Shown here piece after piece: positions 1 through 10,799 of a stretch of DNA of 64,000 bases. The notes under the pieces are model-generated. The model saw nothing but the letters and a program-made list of their open reading frames with translations. It had not been told where the DNA came from and made no database searches. The translations under genes and the position numbers were made by a program. The DNA lies in the NCBI GenBank assembly GCA_964016885.1, contig OZ024740.1, positions 34,038,001 through 34,102,000 on the forward strand, in the 5' to 3' direction. Position 1 is the stretch's first letter. Every line of letters starts with the position of its first letter. The DNA is from Eledone cirrhosa. Its lineage: Eukaryota.

Positions 1-529
1 GATGTAGTTAAGTTATGATAGTTGTTGTTTAACTCTAGGCCAGGTGTGATGGAGTTAAGTTATGATAGTTGTTGTTTAACCCTAGGCCAGGTGTGATGGA
101 GTTAAGTTATGATAGTTGTTGTTTAACTCTAGGCCAGGTGTGATGGAGTTAAGTTATGATAGTTGTTGTTTAACCCTAGGCCAGGTGTGATGGAGTTAAG
201 TTGTGATAGTTGTTGTTGTTTAACACTAGGCCAGGTGTGATGTAGTTAAGTTATGATAGTTGTTGTTGTTTAACCCTAGGCCAGGTGTGATGTAGTTAAG
301 TTATGATAGTTGTTGTTGTTTAACCCTAGGCCAGGTGTGATGTAGTTAAGTTATGATAGTTGTTGTTTAACTCTAGGCCAGGTGTGATGGAGTTAAGTTA
401 TGATAGTTGTTGTTTAACCCTAGGCCAGGTGTGATGGAGTTAAGTTATGATAGTTGTTGTTTAACTCTAGGCCAGGTGTGATGGAGTTAAGTTATGATAG
501 TTGTTGTTTAACCCTAGGCCAGGTGTGAT

Positions 530-576
530 GGAATTAAATTATGACAGTTGTTGTTTTAGCCTAGGCAACGTGTGAT
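530..576 (+). repeat. Divergent monomer type, first copy (7 substitutions in 47 bp relative to consensus)
   Basis: GGAATTAAATTATGACAGTTGTTGTTTTAGCCTAGGCAACGTGTGAT compared with consensus GGAGTTAAGTTATGATAGTTGTTGTTTAACCCTAGGCCAGGTGTGAT. Confidence 0.95.
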
Positions 577-1439
577 GGAGTTAAGTTATGATAGTTGTTG
601 TTGTTTAACCCTAGGCCAGGTGTGATGTAGTTAAGTTATGATAGTTGTTGTTTAACTCTAGGCCAGGTGTGATGGAGTTAAGTTATGATAGTTGTTGTTC
701 CTTAACCCTAGGCCAGGTGTGATGGAGTTAAGTTATGATAGTTGTTTAATCCTAGGCCAGGTGTGATGTAGTTAAGTTATGATAGTTGTTGTTGTTTAAC
801 CCTAGGCCAGGTGTGATGTAGTTAAGTTATGATAGTTGTTGTTTAACCCTAGGCCAGGTGTGATGGAGTTAAGTTATGATAGTTGTTGTTTAACTCTAGG
901 CCAGGTGTGATGGAGTTAAGTTATGATAGTTGTTGTTGTTTAACCCTAGGCCAGGTGTGATGGAGTTAAGTTATGATAGTTGTTGTTTAACCCTAGGCCA
1001 GGTGTGATGGAGTTAAGTTATGATAGTTGTTGTTGTTTAACCCTAGGCCAGGTGTGATGTAGTTAAGTTATGATAGTTGTTGTTTAACTCTAGGCCAGGT
1101 GTGATGGAGTTAAGTTATGATAGTTGTTGTTTAACCCTAGGCCAGGTGTGATGGAATTAAATTATGACAGTTGTTGTTTTAGCCTAGGCAACGTGTGATG
1201 GAGTTAAGTTATGATAGTTGTTGTTGTTTAACCCTAGGCCAGGTGTGATGTAGTTAAGTTATGATAGTTGTTGTTTAACTCTATACCAGGTGTGATGGAG
1301 TTAAGTTATGATAGTTGTTGTTCCTTAACCCTAGGCCAGGTGTGATGGAGTTAAGTTATGATAGTTGTTGTTTAATCCTAGGCCAGGTTGATGTAGTTAA
1401 GTTATGATAGTTGTTGTCGTTTAATCCTAGGCCAGGTGT

Positions 1440-4400
1440 GATGTAGTTAAGTTATGATAGTTGTTGTTGTTTAACCCTAGGCCAGGTGTGATGTAGTTAA
1501 GTTATGATAGTTGTTGTTTAACTCTAGGCCAGGTGTGATGGAGTTAAGTTATGATAGTTGTTGTTTAACCCTAGGCCAGGTGTGATGTAGTTAAGTTATG
1601 ATAGTTGTTGTTTAACTCTAGGCCAGGTGTGATGGAGTTAAGTTATGATAGTTGTTGTTTAACTCTAGGCCAGGTGTGATGGAGTTAAGTTAGGATAGTT
1701 GTTGTTTAACCCTAGGCCAGGAGTGATGGAGTTAAGTTATGATAGTTGTTGTTCCTTAACCCTAGGCCAAGTGTGATGGAGTTAAGTTATGATAGTTGTT
1801 GTTCCTTAACCCTAGGCCAGGTGTGATGGAGTTAAGTTATGATAGTTGTTGTTTAATCCTAGGCCAGGTGTGATGGAGTTAAGTTATGATAGTTGTTGTT
1901 TAACTCTAGGCCAGGTGTGATGGAGTTAAGTTATGATAGCTGTTGTTTAACTCTAGGCCAGGTGTGATGGAGTTAAGTTGTGATAGTTGTTGTTGTTTAA
2001 CACTAGGCCAGGTGTGATGTAGTTAAGTTATGATAGTTGTTGTTGTTTAACCCTAGGCCAGGTGTGATGTAGTTAAGTTATGATAGTTGTTGTTGTTTAA
2101 CCCTAGGCCAGGTGTGATGTAGTTAAGTTATGATAGTTGTTGTTTAACTCTAGGCCAGGTGTGATGGAGTTAAGTTATGATAGTTGTTGTTTAACCCTAG
2201 GCCAGGTGTGATGGAGTTAAGTTATGATAGTTGTTGTTTAACTCTAGGCCAGGTGTGATGGAGTTAAGTTATGATAGTTGTTGTTTAACCCTAGGCCAGG
2301 TGTGATGGAGTTAAGTTGTGATAGTTGTTGTTGTTTAACACTAGGCCAGGTGTGATGTAGTTAAGTTATGATAGTTGTTGTTGTTTAACCCTAGGCCAGG
2401 TGTGATGTAGTTAAGTTATGATAGTTGTTGTTGTTTAACCCTAGGCCAGGTGTGATGTAGTTAAGTTATGATAGTTGTTGTTTAACTCTAGGCCAGGTGT
2501 GATGGAGTTAAGTTATGATAGTTGTTGTTTAACCCTAGGCCAGGTGTGATGGAGTTAAGTTATGATAGTTGTTGTTTAACTCTAGGCCAGGTGTGATGGA
2601 GTTAAGTTATGATAGTTGTTGTTTAACCCTAGGCCAGGTGTGATGGAATTAAATTATGACAGTTGTTGTTTTAGCCTAGGCAACGTGTGATGGAGTTAAG
2701 TTATGATAGTTGTTGTTGTTTAACCCTAGGCCAGGTGTGATGTAGTTAAGTTATGATAGTTGTTGTTTAACTCTAGGCCAGGTGTGATGGAGTTAAGTTA
2801 TGATAGTTGTTGTTCCTTAACCCTAGGCCAGGTGTGATGGAGTTAAGTTATGATAGTTGTTTAATCCTAGGCCAGGTGTGATGTAGTTAAGTTATGATAG
2901 TTGTTGTTGTTTAACCCTAGGCCAGGTGTGATGTAGTTAAGTTATGATAGTTGTTGTTTAACCCTAGGCCAGGTGTGATGGAGTTAAGTTATGATAGTTG
3001 TTGTTTAACTCTAGGCCAGGTGTGATGGAGTTAAGTTATGATAGTTGTTGTTGTTTAACCCTAGGCCAGGTGTGATGGAGTTAAGTTATGATAGTTGTTG
3101 TTTAACCCTAGGCCAGGTGTGATGGAGTTAAGTTATGATAGTTGTTGTTGTTTAACCCTAGGCCAGGTGTGATGTAGTTAAGTTATGATAGTTGTTGTTT
3201 AACTCTAGGCCAGGTGTGATGGAGTTAAGTTATGATAGTTGTTGTTTAACCCTAGGCCAGGTGTGATGGAATTAAATTATGACAGTTGTTGTTTTAGCCT
3301 AGGCAACGTGTGATGGAGTTAAGTTATGATAGTTGTTGTTGTTTAACCCTAGGCCAGGTGTGATGTAGTTAAGTTATGATAGTTGTTGTTTAACTCTATA
3401 CCAGGTGTGATGGAGTTAAGTTATGATAGTTGTTGTTCCTTAACCCTAGGCCAGGTGTGATGGAGTTAAGTTATGATAGTTGTTGTTTAATCCTAGGCCA
3501 GGTTGATGTAGTTAAGTTATGATAGTTGTTGTCGTTTAACCCTAGGCCAGGTGTGATGTAGTTAAGTTATGATAGTTGTTGTTTAACCCTAGGCCAGGTG
3601 TGATGGAGTTAAGTTATGATAGTTGTTGTTGTTTAACCCTAGGCCAGGTGTGATGGAGTTAAGTTATGATAGTTGTTGTTTAACCCTAGGCCAGGTGTGA
3701 TGGAGTTAAGTTATGATAGTTGTTTAACCCTAGGCTAGGTGTGATGGAGTTAAGTTATGATAGTTGTTGTTTAACTCTAGGCTAGGTGTGATGTAGTTAA
3801 GTTATGCTAGTTGTTGTTTAACCCTAGGCCAGGTATGATGGAGTTAAGTTATGATAGTTGTTGTTTAACCCTAGGCCCGGTGTGATGGAGTTAAGATATG
3901 ATAGTTGTTGTTCCTTAACCCTAGGCCAAGTGTGATGGAGTTAAGTTATGATAGTTGTTGTTTAATCCTAGGCCAGGTGTGATGGAGTTAAGTTATGATA
4001 GTTGTTGTTCCTTAACCCTAGGCCAAGTGTGATGGAGTTAAGTTATGATAGTTGTTGTTCCTTAACCCTAGGCCAGGTGTGATGGAGTTAAGTTATGATA
4101 GTTGTTGTTTAATCCTAGGCCAGGTGTGATGGAGTTAAGTTATGATAGTTGTTGTTTAACTCTAGGCCAGGTGTGATGGAGTTAAGTTATGATAGTTGTT
4201 GTTGTTTAACACTAGGCCAGGTGTGATGTAGTTAAGTTATGATAGTTGTTGTTGTTTAACCCTAGGCCAGGTGTGATGTAGTTAAGTTATGATAGTTGTT
4301 GTTGTTTAACCCTAGGCCAGGTGTGATGTAGTTAAGTTATGATAGTTGTTGTTTAACCCTAGACCAGGTGTGATGGAGTTAAGTTATGATAGTTGTTGTT

Positions 4401-7400
4401 TAACTCTAGGCCAGGTGTGATGGAGTTAAGTTATGATAGTTGTTGTTTAACTCTAGGCCAGGTGTGATGGAATTAAATTATGACAGTTGTTGTTTTAGCC
4501 TAGGCAACGTGTGATGGAGTTAAGTTATGATAGTTGTTGTTGTTTAACCCTAGGCCAGGTGTGATGTAGTTAAGTTATGATAGTTGTTGTTTAACTCTAG
4601 GCCAGGTGCGATGGAGTTAAGTTATGATAGTTGTTGTTCCTTAACCCTAGGCCAGGTGTGATGGAGTTAAGTTATGATAGTTGTTTAATCCTAGGCCAGG
4701 TGTGATGTAGTTAAGTTATGATAGTTGTTGTTGTTTAACCCTAGGCCAGGTGTGATGGAGTTAAGTTATGATAGTTGTTGTTTAACTCTAGGCCAGGTGT
4801 GATGGAGTTAAGTTATGATAGTTGTTGTTGTTTAACCCTAGGCCAGGTGTGATGGAGTTGTTATAGAACTTGTTTAACTCTAGGCCAGGTGTGATGGAGT
4901 TAAGTTATGATAGTTGTTGTTTAACCCTAGTCCAGGTGTGATGGAGTTAAGTTATGATAGTTGTTGTTTAACCCTAGGCCAGGTGTGATGGAGTAAAGTT
5001 ATGATAGTTGTTGTTTAACCCTAGGCCAGGTGTGATGGAGTTAAGTTATGATAGTTGTTGTTTAATCCTAGGCCAGGTGTGATGGAGTTAAGTTATGATA
5101 GTTGTTGTTTAACCCTAGGCCAGGTGTGATGGAGTTAAGTTATGATAGTTGTTGTTTAATCCTAGGCCAGGTGTGATGGAGTTAAGTTATGATAGTTGTT
5201 GTTTAACCCTAGGCCAGGTGTGATGGAGTTAAGTTATGATAGTTGTTGTTTAACCCTAGGCCAGGTGTGATGGAGTTAAGTTATGATAGTTGTTGTTTAA
5301 CCCTAGGCCAGGTGTGATGGAGTTAAGTTATGATAGTTGTTGTTTAACCCTAGGTCAGGTGTGATGGAGTTAAGTTATGATAGTTGTTGTTTAACCCTAG
5401 GCCAGGTGTGATGGAGTAAAGTTATGATAGTTGTTGTTTAACCCTAGGCCAGGTGTGATGGAGTTAAGTTATGATAGTTGTTGTTTAATCCTAGGCCAGG
5501 TGTGATGGAGTTAAGTTATGATAGTTGTTGTTTAACCCTAGGCCAAGTGTGATGGAGTTAAGTTATGATAGTTGTTGTTGTTTAACCCTAGGCCAGGTGT
5601 GATGTAGTTAAGTTATGATAGTTGTTGTTGTTTAACCCTAGGCCAGGTGTGATGGAGTTAAGTTATGATAGTTGTTTAACCCTAGGCTAGGTGTGATGGA
5701 GTTAAGTTATGATAGTTGTTGTTTAACTCTAGGCTAGGTGTGATGTAGTTAAGTTATGCTAGTTGTTGTTTAACCCTAGGCCAGGTATGATGGAGTTAAG
5801 TTATGATAGTTGTTGTTTAACCCTAGGCCCGGTGTGATGGAGTTAAGATATGATAGTTGTTGTTCCTTAACCCTAGGCCAAGTGTGATGGAGTTAAGTTA
5901 TGATAGTTGTTGTTTAATCCTAGGCCAGGTGTGATGGAGTTAAGTTATGATAGTTGTTGTTCCTTAACCCTAGGCCAAGTGTGATGGAGTTAAGTTATGA
6001 TAGTTGTTGTTCCTTAACCCTAGGCCAGGTGTGATGGAGTTAAGTTATGATAGTTGTTGTTTAATCCTAGGCCAGGTGTGATGGAGTTAAGTTATGATAG
6101 TTGTTGTTTAACTCTAGGCCAGGTGTGATGGAGTTAAGTTATGATAGTTGTTGTTGTTTAACACTAGGCCAGGTGTGATGTAGTTAAGTTATGATAGTTG
6201 TTGTTGTTTAACCCTAGGCCAGGTGTGATGTAGTTAAGTTATGATAGTTGTTGTTGTTTAACCCTAGGCCAGGTGTGATGTAGTTAAGTTATGATAGTTG
6301 TTGTTTAACCCTAGGCCAGGTGTGATGGAGTTAAGTTATGATAGTTGTTGTTTAACTCTAGGCCAGGTGTGATGGAGTTAAGTTATGATAGTTGTTGTTT
6401 AACTCTAGGCCAGGTGTGATGGAATTAAATTATGACAGTTGTTGTTTTAGCCTAGGCAACGTGTGATGGAGTTAAGTTATGATAGTTGTTGTTGTTTAAC
6501 CCTAGGCCAGGTGTGATGTAGTTAAGTTATGATAGTTGTTGTTTAACTCTAGGCCAGGTGCGATGGAGTTAAGTTATGATAGTTGTTGTTCCTTAACCCT
6601 AGGCCAGGTGTGATGGAGTTAAGTTATGATAGTTGTTTAATCCTAGGCCAGGTGTGATGTAGTTAAGTTATGATAGTTGTTGTTGTTTAACCCTAGGCCA
6701 GGTGTGATGGAGTTAAGTTATGATAGTTGTTGTTTAACTCTAGGCCAGGTGTGATGGAGTTAAGTTATGATAGTTGTTGTTGTTTAACCCTAGGCCAGGT
6801 GTGATGGAGTTAAGTTATGATAGTTGTTGTTTAACTCTAGGCCAGGTGTGATGGAGTTAAGTTATGATAGTTGTTGTTGTTTAACCCTAGGCCAGGTGTG
6901 ATGGAGTTAAGTTATGATAGTTGTTGTTTAACCCTAGGCCAGGTGTGATGGAGTTAAGTTATGATAGTTGTTGTTTAACCCTAGGCCAGGTGTGATGGAA
7001 TTAAATTATGACAGTTGTTGTTTTAGCCTAGGCCAGGTGTGATGGAGTTAAGTTATGATAGTTGTTGTTTAACCCTAGGCCAGGTGTGATGTAGTTAAGT
7101 TATGATAGTTGTTGTTTAACCCTAGGCCAGGTGTGATGGAATTAAGTTATGATAGTTGTTGTTTAACCCTAGGCCAGGTGTGATGGAGTTAAGTTATGAT
7201 AGTTGTTGTTTAATCCTAGGCCAGGTGTGATGGAGTTAAGTTATGATAGTTGTTGTTTAATCCTAGGCCAGGTGTGATGTAGTTAAGTTATGATAGTTGT
7301 TGTTTAACTCTATGCCAGGTGTGATGGAGTTAAGTTATGATAGTTGTTGTTCCTTAACCCTAGGCCAGGTGTGATGGAGTTAAGTTATGATAGTTGTTGT

Positions 7401-9220
7401 TTAATCCTAGGCCAGGTGTGATGTAGTTAAGTTATGATAGTTGTTGTTGTTTAACCCTAGGCCAGGTGTGATGTAGTTAAGTTATGATAGTTGTTGTTTA
7501 ACTCTAGGCCAGGTGTGATGGAGTTAAGTTATGATAGTTGTTGTTTAACCCTAGGCCAGGTGTGATGTAGTTAAGTTATGATAGTTGTTGTTTAACTCTA
7601 GGCCAGGTGTGATGGAGTTAAGTTATGATAGTTGTTGTTTAACTCTAGGCCAGGTGTGATGGAGTTAAGTTAGGATAGTTGTTGTTTAACCCTAGGCCAG
7701 GAGTGATGGAGTTAAGTTATGATAGTTGTTGTTCCTTAACCCTAGGCCAAGTGTGATGGAGTTAAGTTATGATAGTTGTTGTTCCTTAACCCTAGGCCAG
7801 GTGTGATGGAGTTAAGTTATGATAGTTGTTGTTTAATCCTAGGCCAGGTGTGATGGAGTTAAGTTATGATAGTTGTTGTTTAACTCTAGGCCAGGTGTGA
7901 TGGAGTTAAGTTATGATAGCTGTTGTTTAACTCTAGGCCAGGTGTGATGGAGTTAAGTTGTGATAGTTGTTGTTGTTTAACACTAGGCCAGGTGTGATGT
8001 AGTTAAGTTATGATAGTTGTTGTTGTTTAACCCTAGGCCAGGTGTGATGTAGTTAAGTTATGATAGTTGTTGTTGTTTAACCCTAGGCCAGGTGTGATGT
8101 AGTTAAGTTATGATAGTTGTTGTTTAACTCTAGGCCAGGTGTGATGGAGTTAAGTTATGATAGTTGTTGTTTAACCCTAGGCCAGGTGTGATGGAGTTAA
8201 GTTATGATAGTTGTTGTTTAACTCTAGGCCAGGTGTGATGGAGTTAAGTTATGATAGTTGTTGTTTAACCCTAGGCCAGGTGTGATGGAGTTAAATTGTG
8301 ATAGTTGTTGTTGTTTAACACTAGGCCAGGTGTGATGTAGTTAAGTTATGATAGTTGTTGTTGTTTAACCCTAGGCCAGGTGTGATGTAGTTAAGTTATG
8401 ATAGTTGTTGTTGTTTAACCCTAGGCCAGGTGTGATGTAGTTAAGTTATGATAGTTGTTGTTTAACTCTAGGCCAGGTGTGATGGAGTTAAGTTATGATA
8501 GTTGTTGTTTAACCCTAGGCCAGGTGTGATGGAGTTAAGTTATGATAGTTGTTGTTTAACTCTAGGCCAGGTGTGATGGAGTTAAGTTATGATAGTTGTT
8601 GTTTAACCCTAGGCCAGGTGTGATGGAATTAAATTATGACAGTTGTTGTTTTAGCCTAGGCAACGTGTGATGGAGTTAAGTTATGATAGTTGTTGTTGTT
8701 TAACCCTAGGCCAGGTGTGATGTAGTTAAGTTATGATAGTTGTTGTTTAACTCTAGGCCAGGTGTGATGGAGTTAAGTTATGATAGTTGTTGTTCCTTAA
8801 CCCTAGGCCAGGTGTGATGGAGTTAAGTTATGATAGTTGTTTAATCCTAGGCCAGGTGTGATGTAGTTAAGTTATGATAGTTGTTGTTGTTTAACCCTAG
8901 GCCAGGTGTGATGTAGTTAAGTTATGATAGTTGTTGTTTAACCCTAGGCCAGGTGTGATGGAGTTAAGTTATGATAGTTGTTGTTTAACTCTAGGCCAGG
9001 TGTGATGGAGTTAAGTTATGATAGTTGTTGTTGTTTAACCCTAGGCCAGGTGTGATGGAGTTAAGTTATGATAGTTGTTGTTTAACCCTAGGCCAGGTGT
9101 GATGGAGTTAAGTTATGATAGTTGTTGTTGTTTAACCCTAGGCCAGGTGTGATGTAGTTAAGTTATGATAGTTGTTGTTTAACTCTAGGCCAGGTGTGAT
9201 GGAGTTAAGTTATGATAGTT
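1440..9220 (+). repeat. About 7.7-kb block duplicated at about 27900-35630 (offset 26,460 falling to 26,407)
   Basis: Lines 1681 and 28141 match. TAGAAC marker at 4864/31321 and CCAGGAG at 7700/34107. The offset drift equals two GTT losses plus one lost monomer. Confidence 0.85.
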
Positions 9221-10540
9221 GTTGTTTAACCCTAGGCCAGGTGTGATGGAATTAAATTATGACAGTTGTTGTTTTAGCCTAGGCAACGTGTGATGGAGTT
9301 AAGTTATGATAGTTGTTGTTGTTTAACCCTAGGCCAGGTGTGATGTAGTTAAGTTATGATAGTTGTTGTTTAACTCTATACCAGGTGTGATGGAGTTAAG
9401 TTATGATAGTTGTTGTTCCTTAACCCTAGGCCAGGTGTGATGGAGTTAAGTTATGATAGTTGTTGTTTAATCCTAGGCCAGGTTGATGTAGTTAAGTTAT
9501 GATAGTTGTTGTCGTTTAACCCTAGGCCAGGTGTGATGTAGTTAAGTTATGATAGTTGTTGTTTAACCCTAGGCCAGGTGTGATGGAGTTAAGTTATGAT
9601 AGTTGTTGTTGTTTAACCCTAGGCCAGGTGTGATGGAGTTAAGTTATGATAGTTGTTGTTTAACCCTAGGCCAGGTGTGATGGAGTTAAGTTATGATAGT
9701 TGTTTAACCCTAGGCTAGGTGTGATGGAGTTAAGTTATGATAGTTGTTGTTCCTTAACCCTAGGCCAGGTGTGATGGAGTTAAGTTATGATAGTTGTTGT
9801 TTAATCCTAGGCCAGGTGTGATGTAGTTAAGTTATGATAGTTGTTGTTGTTTAACCCTAGGCCAGGTGTGATGTAGTTAAGTTATGATAGTTGTTGTTTA
9901 ACCCTAGGCCAGGTGTGATGGAGTTAAGTTATGATAGTTGTTGTTGTTTAACCCTAGTCCAGGTGTGATGGAGTTAAGTTATGATAGTTGTTGTTGTTTA
10001 ACTCTAGGCCAGGTGTGATGGAGTTAAGTTATGATAGTTGTTGTTTAACCCTAGGCCAGGTGTGATGGAGTTAAGTTATGATAGTTGTTGTTTAACCCTA
10101 GGCCAGGTGTGATGGAGTTAAGTTATGATAGTTGTTGTTTAATCCTAGGCCAGGTGTGATGGAGTTAAGTTATGCTAGTTGTTGTTTAACCCTAGTCCAG
10201 GTGTGATGGAGTTAAGTTAGGATAGTTGTTGTTTAACCCTAGTCCAGGTATGATGGAGTTAAGTTATGATAGTTGTTGTTTAACCCTAGGCCAGGTGTGA
10301 TGGAGTTAAGTTATGATAGTTGTTGTTTAATCCTAGGCCAGGTGTGATGGAGTTAAGTTATGATAGTTGTTGTTTAACTCTAGGCCAGGTGTGATGGAGT
10401 TAAGTTATGATAGCTGTTGTTTAACTCTAGGCCAGGTGTGATGGAGTTAAGTTGTGATAGTTGTTGTTGTTTAACACTAGGCCAGGTGTGATGTAGTTAA
10501 GTTATGATAGTTGTTGTTGTTTAACCCTAGGCCAGGTGTG
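5330..10540 (+). repeat. About 5.2-kb block duplicated at about 21550-26760 (offset 16,217)
   Basis: Rare markers share one offset: GGTCAGG 5355/21572, CCAGGAGTG 7700/23917, AGTCCAGGTATG 10241/26458. Block ends are approximate. Confidence 0.85.
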
Positions 10541-10799
10541 ATGTAGTTAAGTTATGATAGTTGTTGTTGTTTAACCCTAGGCCAGGTGTGATGTAGTTAA
10601 GTTATGATAGTTGTTGTTTAACTCTAGGCCAGGTGTGATGGAGTTAAGTTATGATAGTTGTTGTTTAACCCTAGGCCAGGTGTGATGGAGTTAAGTTATG
10701 ATAGTTGTTGTTTAACTCTAGGCCAGGTGTGATGGAGTTAAGTTATGATAGTTGTTGTTTAACCCTAGGCCAGGTGTGATGGAGTTAAGTTGTGATAGT

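Noticed and set aside
697-710. TTCCTTAACC variant as a foreign 3-bp insertion or transposon footprint
   Set aside because: It is explained more simply as a GT-to-CC change in the 50-bp four-GTT allele. No element ends are visible.
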